Assembly: GCA_028865345.1 (NCBI GenBank)
Contig: JAGWKL010000008.1
Coordinates: 9,291 to 73,290, forward strand
DNA: 64,000 nucleotides
Source of the DNA: Candidatus Omnitrophota bacterium
GTDB taxonomy: Bacteria; Omnitrophota; Gorgyraeia; Zapsychrales; Fredricksoniimonadaceae
Direction: 5' to 3'
Position 1 is the first letter of the stretch. Each line of letters begins with the position of its first letter. The position numbers and the translations under genes were made by a program. The notes beneath the pieces are model-generated. The model worked only from the letters and a program-made list of their open reading frames with translations, searched no databases and was not told where the DNA came from. Below are positions 1 through 8,318 of the stretch, piece after piece.

Positions 1-220
1 TAAAGGGATCGAAAAATTAGAGACCCTGCTTAAAGAAAAAAATGATATTATGGCTGCTTTGCAGAGAGATTTAAAAATTTCTCAAATCCAGGTGCGCGAA
101 TCCGATAAGATCAAATCACTGCTTGAAGAAGAGATCCGCCGTTTGAGGGAGCAAAACCGTATGTTCAGGTCTGAATTAGGCCTGCCCGCAATCCAACCCC
201 AGGAAAACCCCTTAACATAA
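1..220 (+). CDS. 3' end of a gene for a coiled-coil protein. The N-terminus lies upstream of the window.
   Basis: Frame 2 is open from the window edge to TAA at 218-220. It translates to a heptad-like, charged sequence (KGIEKLETLLKEKNDIMAALQRDLKISQIQVRESDKIKSLLEEEIRRLREQNRMF...). This frame is not in the ORF track because the ORF is 5'-truncated. Confidence 0.4.
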   Translation, partial: KGIEKLETLLKEKNDIMAALQRDLKISQIQVRESDKIKSLLEEEIRRLREQNRMFRSELGLPAIQPQENPLT

Positions 221-240
221 ATTGCAAGGAGGTGGATGTA

Positions 241-795
241 ATGCTGCAGGCCTGTCGTTTATTGCTTCTTGGTTTATGTTTTATCATACCCTTTTCGTCA
301 ACCCAAGCTATAGGAGCCGATGTGAATCCAACCATTGTTGTTTTGCAAACCAATCAAGGGGACATCGAATTGACCCTGTTCCCTGATAAAGCGCCCAAGG
401 CGGTCGAGAATTTTGTAGGCCTGGTCCAAAAAGGTTACTATAATGGCATCATCTTTCATCGCGTGATCAAGGGTTTTATGATCCAGGGCGGTGATCCCAC
501 AGGAACAGGCACCGGAGGTGCAAGTTTGTGGGGAGGGACCTTCGCGGATGAGATCAACCCTGACCTTGTATTCGACAAGGCGGGTATTCTGGCCATGGCT
601 AACCGGGGGCCGGATACCAACGGCAGCCAATTTTTTATCACCACCGCGCCCGCGCCGTGGTTGAACGGCCATTATACCATTTTCGGCCGGGTGAGCGCCG
701 GATACGATGTGGTTTCGAAGATTGAAAAAACCCCGACAGGCCCGGGCGACCGTCCCTTGCAGGACCAGACGATCATCAAAGCTTACGTAAAATAA
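241..795 (+). CDS. Peptidyl-prolyl cis-trans isomerase, cyclophilin type, secreted/periplasmic.
   Basis: Cyclophilin signature stretch FHRVIKGFMIQGGDP...GPDTNGSQFFITTAPAPWLNGHYTIFGRV. N-terminal signal peptide (LLLLGLCFIIPFSSTQA). AAGGAGG SD lies 8 nt upstream of ATG 241; the track start at 232 is a GTG. Confidence 0.9.
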   Translation: MLQACRLLLLGLCFIIPFSSTQAIGADVNPTIVVLQTNQGDIELTLFPDKAPKAVENFVGLVQKGYYNGIIFHRVIKGFMIQGGDPTGTGTGGASLWGGTFADEINPDLVFDKAGILAMANRGPDTNGSQFFITTAPAPWLNGHYTIFGRVSAGYDVVSKIEKTPTGPGDRPLQDQTIIKAYVK

Positions 796-1592
796 TGTCT
801 TCTGATATTCTTTACAAAGCTCTGGAAGCTTCGCAAAAGGGCAAAAATTATGCCTTTGCCACCATCACCGAGGCGACGCTCAAAGGCACCCCCCGCAAGA
901 CCGGCGCCAAGATGATCGTTTTTGAGGACGGCAGCACCTTCGGCACGATCGGCGGCGGGCGCAATGAGAAAGCGGCCATTGCCGAGTGCCTTAAAGCCAT
1001 CCAAAGCCAAAAGCCCGCGAACGTCACCTATAATTATTTCGGCCGCGAAGGGGAGTCTGTCTGCGGGGGCCAGATGAAGGTCTTTATTGAACCTTTTGCC
1101 CTCGATGAGCATTTGATCATCTGCGGCGCGGGGCATATTGCCTTGCCTTTGTCGGCCATGGCCAAGATCCTTGGCTTTAAGGTCACGGTCATCGATGACC
1201 GCAAAGCCTTTGCCAATAAGGACCGTTTCCCTCATGTGGACAGGATCATCGTCGGCCGTCATGCCGGTGAATTGGCCAGGGTGAAGCTCGGGTCCAATGA
1301 CTATGTGGTCATTGTCACCCAGGGCAACGAATATGATTTTGAGTGTCTTAAAGCGGTGATCAAATCCTCCGCCGCCTATATCGGCGTCATTTCCAGCAGG
1401 CCCAAGAAGGCCAAATTTTTCGGGCGGCTCAAAGAGACGGGTATTGAAGAAAAATATTTAAAACGGGTGCGCATCCCCATGGGCTTGGATATCGGGGCCC
1501 AGACCCCGGAAGAAATTGCGGTATCCGTCGCGGCCGAGATGATCGCGGTCAAAAACGGGGATCACATCGGCACGGACAAGTTCAAGAAATAA
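795..1592 (+). CDS. XdhC/CoxI-family accessory protein (molybdenum cofactor insertion chaperone-like).
   Basis: Rossmann-like XdhC C-terminal domain (LIICGAGHIALPLSAMAKILGFKVTVIDDR...YIGVISSRPK). TAATG overlap with the upstream gene. Confidence 0.75.
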   Translation: MSSDILYKALEASQKGKNYAFATITEATLKGTPRKTGAKMIVFEDGSTFGTIGGGRNEKAAIAECLKAIQSQKPANVTYNYFGREGESVCGGQMKVFIEPFALDEHLIICGAGHIALPLSAMAKILGFKVTVIDDRKAFANKDRFPHVDRIIVGRHAGELARVKLGSNDYVVIVTQGNEYDFECLKAVIKSSAAYIGVISSRPKKAKFFGRLKETGIEEKYLKRVRIPMGLDIGAQTPEEIAVSVAAEMIAVKNGDHIGTDKFKK

Positions 1593-1613
1593 GAAATTAT
1601 TGGAGAACACATT

Positions 1614-2024
1614 ATGACTAAAGAAGAGGCCATTGACATCATACGTGATGCCGGTTTCGGTTTTTTGGCGACGGTTGAGGCCGGGAAACCGCGTGTGCGC
1701 CCCATGATGCCGTACTTAAGCGAGGAAGGGGAGTTATTGCTGGCCCTTTTAGGCCGTTCAAGGACGATCGCCCATATTAAAGCCAATCCCAACGTGGAGG
1801 TCTGTTTTGTGGACCGTAAAATGTGGTATGCCAGGGTCAGCGGGACCGCGGCGCTGAGCACGGACATCGTCAAGAAACAGCTGGTATTCGAGAACGTCCC
1901 GATGCTGCGCCAATATTTCGCCGGTGCCGAAGACCCTAATTATCATTTGGCGGTCATTAAAATCACCTCCGTGGAAGCCATGACTCCCCACAGCAGGCTT
2001 CCGGAACAAATCGGTTTGGTCTGA
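1614..2024 (+). CDS. Pyridoxamine 5'-phosphate oxidase-like FMN-binding split-barrel protein.
   Basis: PNPOx-family pattern (GFGFLATVEAGKPRVRPM...VEVCFVDRKMWYARVSGTA). Confidence 0.65.
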   Translation: MTKEEAIDIIRDAGFGFLATVEAGKPRVRPMMPYLSEEGELLLALLGRSRTIAHIKANPNVEVCFVDRKMWYARVSGTAALSTDIVKKQLVFENVPMLRQYFAGAEDPNYHLAVIKITSVEAMTPHSRLPEQIGLV

Positions 2025-2028
2025 CACA

Positions 2029-2382
2029 ATGGTTGATAATCAGCGCCGGTATAGAAGGATTGAAAAGCCCATCCACATATTATTTTGTGCCGTGGGCGCG
2101 GCGTCTCAAAGATGGGACATGTCCATTATCCAAAACATCAGCTCCGGCGGGATCAAATTCCCCACCTCGAACGGCGCGGATTTAAATAATAAGACCCTCC
2201 TGGTAAAGATCAATTTTCAGGAATTATTGCCCCGCCGCCTGGAGCTTAAGGCAAAGGTGCTCAGCTCCAAATTGCGCCCCAACACCAAAATCTTCGATGT
2301 CAGGGCCCAGTTTATCGATGTCTCCGAAGAGCAAAGGAATGATTTGTTTTTAATGGAACAGATTATCGACCAGAAGAAGTGA
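2029..2382 (+). CDS. Stand-alone PilZ-domain protein (c-di-GMP-binding type).
   Basis: RxxxR motif (RRYRRIEKP) followed by the DxSxGG-type motif (NISSGGIKF). Length 117 aa is typical of single-domain PilZ. Confidence 0.7.
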   Translation: MVDNQRRYRRIEKPIHILFCAVGAASQRWDMSIIQNISSGGIKFPTSNGADLNNKTLLVKINFQELLPRRLELKAKVLSSKLRPNTKIFDVRAQFIDVSEEQRNDLFLMEQIIDQKK

Positions 2383-2394
2383 CCGAGTCCCTTT

Positions 2395-3777
2395 TTAATG
2401 CTGGCTGCTTTTGAATTCCGCAACCAAAGCCTGGATGGTTTGTTTGGCGTCACCGAAGATCATGCGGGTGTTCTCGTAATAGAACAACTCATTTTCAATA
2501 CCGGCAAATCCTGTTGCCATTGAGCGTTTGAGAACAAAGACGGTCTTGGCTTTGTCTGCGTTGATGATGGGCATTCCGTAGATCGGGCTTGATTTATCAT
2601 GGCGTGAGGCGGGATTGACCACGTCATTGGCGCCGATGATGATGGCCACATCCACGGTGTCCATCAGGGGATTGATGGCGTCCATTTCCAACAATTGATC
2701 GTAAGGGATATTGGCTTCCGCCAAAAGGACATTCATGTGTCCGGGCATGCGGCCTGCCACGGGATGGATGGCATATTTGACATCGCAGCCGTTTTTCTCC
2801 AGGAATTCGCTGAGTTCCCGCACCGCGTGCTGGGCCTGGGCCACGGCCATGCCGTAACCGGGGATGAACACGACCGATTTGGCGTTTTCAATGATTAAAA
2901 AGGCGTCTTCGACGGACATCGCCTTGGCTTCCTTTTTCTCGTCACCGCCTGCCTTTTTGACCACGCTTCCGAAAGCTCCGAAGATGACATTGCCGATCGA
3001 ACGGTTCATGGCCTTGCACATGATGATGCTTAAGATCATCCCGTTGGCGCCAACCAAAGAACCCACAACGATCAAAAGGGTGTTGTGGATGACAAAGCCC
3101 GTGGTGCAGGCCACGATCCCCGAATAACTGTTCAACACGGAGATCACCACCGGCATGTCCGCGCCGCCGATGGGGATGACGATAAAGACACCGAAGACAA
3201 GGGACAGTCCCAGGATCATCAAAAACAGGTCATATCTGGCCGGGTGCATGATGAACAAAACGCCCAAGATAACGATCGAGGCGATGAGGGCCGTGTTGAG
3301 CCATTTTTGGCCGGTGAACACAATGGGCTTGCCCGGGATGTTTTCGCTTAATTTTCCCCAGGCGATCCCGCTTCCGGTGACGGTCAGGCCGCCGATGACA
3401 ATGGACAAATAAAGGGTGATGGCGTTGGTCAGATCCGTTGTGCCGTGCACCTGATAGGCGGTCCAATCAACGAATACGCTTGCCATGGCGCCGCAACCGT
3501 GCAGTAAGGCGATCATTTCCGGCATCTGGGTCATGGCGGCTTTGAAAGCGACCAGGGCGCCCAAGGACCCGCCGATGATAATGCCTATGGCGATCCACTG
3601 AAAGCTGATGATGTGGCCGTTGAATAAGGTGGCCAAAACCGCCAGGAGCATCCCTATGGAAGACAGGATATTACCCCGCCTGGCGGTGACAGGGGACCCC
3701 AAAAATTTCAAGCCGAAAGCAAACAGAACGGAACTGATGATATAAACGAAATTGGTGGCAAATGCGGTGTTCATCAT
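2395..3777 (-). CDS. pntB: NAD(P) transhydrogenase subunit beta.
   Basis: Multi-TM N-terminus plus C-terminal NADP(H)-binding domain (FIPGYGMAVAQAQHAVRELSEFL...GANDVVNP). Last gene of a three-gene pnt operon. Confidence 0.95.
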   Translation of the reverse strand: MMNTAFATNFVYIISSVLFAFGLKFLGSPVTARRGNILSSIGMLLAVLATLFNGHIISFQWIAIGIIIGGSLGALVAFKAAMTQMPEMIALLHGCGAMASVFVDWTAYQVHGTTDLTNAITLYLSIVIGGLTVTGSGIAWGKLSENIPGKPIVFTGQKWLNTALIASIVILGVLFIMHPARYDLFLMILGLSLVFGVFIVIPIGGADMPVVISVLNSYSGIVACTTGFVIHNTLLIVVGSLVGANGMILSIIMCKAMNRSIGNVIFGAFGSVVKKAGGDEKKEAKAMSVEDAFLIIENAKSVVFIPGYGMAVAQAQHAVRELSEFLEKNGCDVKYAIHPVAGRMPGHMNVLLAEANIPYDQLLEMDAINPLMDTVDVAIIIGANDVVNPASRHDKSSPIYGMPIINADKAKTVFVLKRSMATGFAGIENELFYYENTRMIFGDAKQTIQALVAEFKSSQH

Positions 3778-4058
3778 TATCCTTTTTTCTTAAACATTTT
3801 AAGCATGCGTTCAGTGACCAGGTATCCGCCTATGACGTTAAAGGTGGCCAAAGCCACAGCCCCCGTACCCAGGAATATCGTCAAGGGGCTGTTGGCGTCT
3901 GTTCCCGCGGCGGCCAAAGCGCCGACGATAATAATGCCGCAGATGGCGTTGGCTTCCGACATCAGGGGGGTGTGCAATAACGGAGGTACGCGGGTGATGA
4001 GCGCGAAACCCAGGAATATGGAAAGTGCCAGGATAAACAGTTGAGAAATAAGGTCCAT
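3777..4058 (-). CDS. pntAB: NAD(P) transhydrogenase subunit alpha part 2 (membrane segment).
   Basis: 93-aa, three-helix hydrophobic protein typical of split-alpha transhydrogenases. Sits between pntAA and pntB. Confidence 0.9.
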   Translation of the reverse strand: MDLISQLFILALSIFLGFALITRVPPLLHTPLMSEANAICGIIIVGALAAAGTDANSPLTIFLGTGAVALATFNVIGGYLVTERMLKMFKKKG

Positions 4059-4107
4059 AAGAATCTCCCTATTTTATGTTCTTGACCAAAAGGCCCTATT
4101 GCTTCGG

Positions 4108-5241
4108 CTACGATAGCTTTTTGACGGTTTCATTGACGATTTGCCCCTGATGGGTGATCAAAGCGCCTTTGATAATTTCATCTTCGACGTTAAGTTTAAA
4201 CGCCTTGCTGTCCTTGTCCCAGTATTCTTCCAGCAGATTATGCAAATTCGCCGAATACATCTGGCTCGCGTGCACCGCGACCCGTGCGGGAAGATTGCCC
4301 ATGCCTAAAATGCGCACGCCGTTGCCCGACACCGTTTCTTCGTTAAGTTTGGAGCCTTCTACATTCCCGCCCGACTCAACGGCCATGTCGACAACGATGG
4401 CGCCTGGCTTCATTTGGGCAATGATGTCCTTGTTCAGGACCACCGGGGCCCGCCGTCCGAAGAGCTGGGCCGTGGTGATGACAACGTCCGACTGGGCGCA
4501 AACCTTGGCCATGCCCTGGCGCTGTTTTTCCAGTTGTTCGGGAGTCAGCGCCTTGGCATAACCCTGGGCTGTCTGGCCCGTTTCCCCTAAATCGATTTCT
4601 ATAAATTTGGCGCCCAGGGATTGCACCTGTTCCTTGACCACGGGACGGGTATCAAAGGCCTCGACGCGGGCGCCTAAACGTTTGGCGGTGGCAATGGCTT
4701 GCAGGCCCGCCACCCCGGCGCCGATGATGAAAACGCGGGCAGGGGCAATGGTGCCTGCCGGCGTCATGAGCATGGGGAATATTTTAGGAAGGCGTTCAGC
4801 CGCTAAAATAACGGTCACATACCCGGCCAGGTTCGCCTGTGAACTCAATGCATCCATTTTCTGGGCCTTTGTCGTGCGGGGGATCATCTCCATGCTGAAG
4901 GCGCTGATCTGGTTTTGGGCCAGGGCCTGCACCAGATTCTTTTCATTGAACGGGTCAAGGAAACTGATATGGATGGAGCCCTTTTTCAAAAGGCCGGTCT
5001 CTTCTACGGGCGGTTTACGCAGGCGAAGGACAATATCGGCGCAGGACAGCAGGCCAGAGCGGTTGTTTTCAACCGAGGCTCCGGCCTTCTTATATTCTTC
5101 ATCGCTGATGCCGATAGAAGCCCCCAAGCCGGATTCAACGGTGATTTGGGCCCCTTTTTTGACCAGCCGGTCCACGGAAGAAGGGATGAAAGAAACCCTG
5201 GATTCTCCGGGATGCGTTTCTTTGGGAATTCCTATGATCAT
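4108..5241 (-). CDS. pntAA: NAD(P) transhydrogenase subunit alpha part 1 (alanine dehydrogenase-like dI domain).
   Basis: AlaDH/PNT N- and C-domains with NAD-binding GxGxxG (VFIIGAGVAGLQAIATAKRLGARV). Confidence 0.95.
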   Translation of the reverse strand: MIIGIPKETHPGESRVSFIPSSVDRLVKKGAQITVESGLGASIGISDEEYKKAGASVENNRSGLLSCADIVLRLRKPPVEETGLLKKGSIHISFLDPFNEKNLVQALAQNQISAFSMEMIPRTTKAQKMDALSSQANLAGYVTVILAAERLPKIFPMLMTPAGTIAPARVFIIGAGVAGLQAIATAKRLGARVEAFDTRPVVKEQVQSLGAKFIEIDLGETGQTAQGYAKALTPEQLEKQRQGMAKVCAQSDVVITTAQLFGRRAPVVLNKDIIAQMKPGAIVVDMAVESGGNVEGSKLNEETVSGNGVRILGMGNLPARVAVHASQMYSANLHNLLEEYWDKDSKAFKLNVEDEIIKGALITHQGQIVNETVKKLS

Positions 5242-5441
5242 GACCGCTCCTGTTATATTGACTTTGAAATAATAATGCCGTCATTTTGAACTAAAGGACC
5301 TTATAAGTCAAGTTCATTCATGGAAAAAGAGACAGGAGCTTTTTGGCGGGCCCCTTTTTCATGTATTTTTCTTGTTTTATCCGGGTGATTCGGATAGAAT
5401 CTACATCTATTCCTTAAAATTCTACCTTGAGGTCAAAAAGC

Positions 5442-6071
5442 ATGTTTCAAAATAAAAATATCTTTGAGATCATATCAGCCGGCGGGGCCACCATCTATCT
5501 TCTTATTTTTTGCTCCATTATTTCCATTGCGGTCATCATTGAGCGTATTGTTTATTATAAGCGCCGTTCGCAATATTCCCGGGTCGATATTTTCAACCAG
5601 GTGCGCAAAGAAGTGACCGGCAACCGCGTCCTTAATGCCATAGGGCTTTGCAAAAACATCGATACGCCGGTGGCAAAGGTGGCCCTGGCAGGACTTAACC
5701 TGCACGGGCATGACGAAAAGCTCATTGCCAATGCCATGGAACGCGAGATCACCGTTGAGACGATCAAATTGGAGCGTTTTACAGGCATCATAGGCAGCAT
5801 CGGCGGCACTGCGGTGTATATAGGGCTCTTGGGCACCGTCCTGGGGATCATGCGCGCTTTCAATAATATAGGGAAAGCGGGAAGCGGCGGCATGAATGTG
5901 GTGACGGTCGGCATCGCGGAAGCCCTGATATGCACGGCTGCGGGCTTGCTTGTGGCCATACCGGCGGTGCTTTGTTATAATTGGTTTACCCGTAAAATCG
6001 ATAATTTTGTGGTTGATATGGAATTGGCCGCGTCCGAGCTGGTTGATCTATTGTGTTCCAAAAAGAAATGA
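5442..6071 (+). CDS. MotA/TolQ/ExbB-family proton channel.
   Basis: Three-TM topology with the conserved C-terminal helix pair (GLLGTVLGIMRAF...ALICTAAGLLVAIPAV). ATG at 5442 is preferred over the TTG at 5427. Confidence 0.85.
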   Translation: MFQNKNIFEIISAGGATIYLLIFCSIISIAVIIERIVYYKRRSQYSRVDIFNQVRKEVTGNRVLNAIGLCKNIDTPVAKVALAGLNLHGHDEKLIANAMEREITVETIKLERFTGIIGSIGGTAVYIGLLGTVLGIMRAFNNIGKAGSGGMNVVTVGIAEALICTAAGLLVAIPAVLCYNWFTRKIDNFVVDMELAASELVDLLCSKKK

Positions 6072-6490
6072 GAAGACGGCAAAGAAATTCCCAACTGATT
6101 GCGGACATCAACATCACCCCTTTCACCGATGTTATCCTGGTCTTATTGATCATTTTTATGATCACAACCCCTTTTATTTACCGTTCCAGCATCAAGATCG
6201 CCTTGCCGAAGGTCTCCGGCAACCAGCGGCCTTTGATGAGGACAAAGGACATCGATGTCAGCATCACTTCCGCCGGGGAGGTTTATTTAAACAATGAAAG
6301 ATACAACCTGAAGCTGGACCTGGATCTTTTCAAATTCAAATTGAGGCAGCTCATGAAAAGGTATAATAACCCTGCCCTTATTATTGATGGGGACCGTAAT
6401 GTGAAATATGATTATGTGGTGCAGGTCATTGATGCCGCTTCCAAGGTGGGGATCCAGCATCTCGTTTTAGCGACTCAGATCAAAAGATAG
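6068..6490 (+). CDS. ExbD/TolR biopolymer transport protein.
   Basis: N-terminal motif ADINITPFTDVILVLLIIFMIT plus a periplasmic domain. ATGA overlap with exbB. Confidence 0.85.
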   Translation: MRRRQRNSQLIADINITPFTDVILVLLIIFMITTPFIYRSSIKIALPKVSGNQRPLMRTKDIDVSITSAGEVYLNNERYNLKLDLDLFKFKLRQLMKRYNNPALIIDGDRNVKYDYVVQVIDAASKVGIQHLVLATQIKR

Positions 6491-6516
6491 GTTTATTTAA
6501 CGAAAGAGGATAGGAC

Positions 6517-7917
6517 ATGCCAGTTTTAGGAACACAGGAACGCCCTTTAAGGGTGGCTATTGTAGGCAGCGGTCCCAGCGGTTTTTATACGGCTGATGCC
6601 ATTTTAAGGCAGAACATAATAACAAAGGTGGATTTATTCGATAAACTGCCAGTACCCTTTGGTTTGGTGCGTCACGGGGTCGCTCCGGACCATCAAAAGA
6701 TCAAAAATGTCATCAAAATTTTTGAAAAAATCGCGGTTAACCCTCAATTTTCCTATTTTGGTAATGTTACGGTGGGCAAAAACATCGGTGTTTTTGAGTT
6801 GAACAAGTATTATGACGCGGTAGTTTTTGCTTACGGTGCGGAAACCGACCGGCATTTAGGGGTGCGCGGGGAAGATTTGGCCGGCAGTTGTACGGCCACG
6901 GAATTTGTGGGCTGGTATAACGGGCACCCGGACTTCCAGGACCGCCATTTCGACCTTTCCGGCGAAGTTGCCGTTATTGTGGGCAACGGTAACGTGGCCA
7001 TGGATGTGGCCCGGATCCTTTGTAAAACCCCGGAAGAGTTGAAGAATACGGACATCACTCAAAATGCCCTGGATGTTTTGGCGGAAAGCAAGATCAAGGA
7101 AGTGCATCTTTTTGGCCGCAGGGGGCCTGTCCAGGCTTCTTTTACATCACCGGAGCTTAGGGAAATGGGAGAATTGAGTTCTTGCTATCCTGTTGTTGAT
7201 CCAAAGGATTTACAGCTCAATGAATCCAGCCTTAAAGAGCTTCAAGACACTGCCAATGCCTGGCATAAAAAGAACTACGAGATCATGAAAAGCTATTTGT
7301 CCATCGATCCGCAGGGCCGCAAGCGTAAATTTGTCATGCATTTTTTCCGCAGTCCTGTTGAAATTATGGGAAAAGGGCGGGTGCAGAAGGCCAGGTTTGA
7401 GATCAACGCCCTGACAGGCGATCCCAATAAGCAAAAGGTCAGGGGAACAGGTAAATTTGAAGAGATCGACTGCGGCATATTCTTTCGCAGTGTCGGATAT
7501 TCAGGCACCCGCATCCAGGGTCTCCCGTTTTCCACTGAAGCAGGTATTGTTCCCAACCAGTTAGGCCGGGTCGTCGATTCCGAGCAGATTTTTACCGGTT
7601 GGTACGTGGCCGGCTGGATCAAAAGAGGCGCTGTAGGCATTATCGGGTCCAATAAACCTGATGCCGAAGAGACGGTCAGGTCCCTTATGGAGGACATAGG
7701 GCATTTAAACCCCTGTGAGATCCCCAGCAGCGAAGAATTGCTCAAACTTTTAAGATCCAGGGAAGCCATGGTCGTCACCTTTGACGATTGGAAGAAGATC
7801 GATGCCGCAGAGATCCAGCGGGGGGTCCAGTTGGGCAAACCCAGGGAAAAATTCGCCCGCATCACGGGGATGCTATCCGCTATTTTCAACAGAATACATC
7901 CGGAAAAAAAGTATTAG
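6517..7917 (+). CDS. fprA: FprA/adrenodoxin-reductase-like NADPH:ferredoxin oxidoreductase.
   Basis: N-terminal FAD GxGxxG (VAIVGSGPSGFY) and second NADP GxGxxA/G (VAVIVGNGNVAMDVARIL). Colinear similarity to mycobacterial FprA across the whole length. Confidence 0.8.
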   Translation: MPVLGTQERPLRVAIVGSGPSGFYTADAILRQNIITKVDLFDKLPVPFGLVRHGVAPDHQKIKNVIKIFEKIAVNPQFSYFGNVTVGKNIGVFELNKYYDAVVFAYGAETDRHLGVRGEDLAGSCTATEFVGWYNGHPDFQDRHFDLSGEVAVIVGNGNVAMDVARILCKTPEELKNTDITQNALDVLAESKIKEVHLFGRRGPVQASFTSPELREMGELSSCYPVVDPKDLQLNESSLKELQDTANAWHKKNYEIMKSYLSIDPQGRKRKFVMHFFRSPVEIMGKGRVQKARFEINALTGDPNKQKVRGTGKFEEIDCGIFFRSVGYSGTRIQGLPFSTEAGIVPNQLGRVVDSEQIFTGWYVAGWIKRGAVGIIGSNKPDAEETVRSLMEDIGHLNPCEIPSSEELLKLLRSREAMVVTFDDWKKIDAAEIQRGVQLGKPREKFARITGMLSAIFNRIHPEKKY

Positions 7918-7970
7918 ACTTTCCTTATGAAATAGGGTATATTAGGAATCACTAATCTACCCCAAGATAA

Positions 7971-7996
7971 GGGGAAAAATTCCCCATGGGGGTTTT
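7971..7996. promoter_or_regulatory. Overlapping G4/C4 palindromes in the leader upstream of giant-protein gene A. The span 7971-7996 contains GGGGAAAAATTCCCC and CCCCATGGGG.
   Basis: Perfect inverted repeat GGGGAA/TTCCCC with a 3-nt spacer, overlapping the self-complementary CCCCATGGGG. It lies directly 5' of a strong SD. Confidence 0.35.
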
Positions 7997-8011
7997 AAGG
8001 AGGTAATTCCT

Positions 8012-8104
8012 ATGATTGGACCGCATAGCCAAGAGTCGAATCAAAAGGCCCAACAGGAAGAGGAAGCAACATTTGCCTGGGATGAGGCTAATGTCTTGAT
8101 CTGA
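8012..8104 (+). CDS. Candidate small ORF or leader peptide, 30 aa (MIGPHSQESNQKAQQEEEATFAWDEANVLI).
   Basis: Perfect SD AAGGAGG (7997-8003) 8 nt upstream of the ATG. An intrinsic terminator starts 29 nt after its stop. Too short for the ORF track. Confidence 0.3.
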   Translation: MIGPHSQESNQKAQQEEEATFAWDEANVLI

Positions 8105-8132
8105 AAATTCCATAAGTTTGGGTAATTTTAAA

Positions 8133-8164
8133 CCCTTCGCCGAAGTTTTGGTGAAGGGTTTTTT
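8133..8164 (+). terminator. Rho-independent terminator or attenuator between the small ORF and giant-protein gene A.
   Basis: 9-bp stem CCCTTCGCC/GGTGAAGGG with one G-U wobble, an 8-nt loop, then TTTTTT. Confidence 0.55.
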
Positions 8165-8318
8165 AATTTATTTGTAAGTCCATATTTTATATATAGTTGT
8201 AATGTATTGTGGTTTTGCCCCTTGTATCTTGTCATGAGACGTGTTATCTTTTCTTTATTCAGGTAAGCGTTTTCTTTGGCCGGATCAGCCGGCACTCACA
8301 GTTGTTCCTCCGGGCGCT

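Noticed and set aside
8241-8318. N-terminal extension of giant protein A from a GTG at 8241, as given in the ORF track (MLSFLYSGKRFLWPDQPALTVVPPGA...).
   Set aside because: The in-frame ATG at 8319 begins a typical basic-then-hydrophobic Sec signal peptide and aligns with the start of paralog B. The extension would bury that signal peptide. I chose ATG 8319, though GTG 8241 cannot be excluded.
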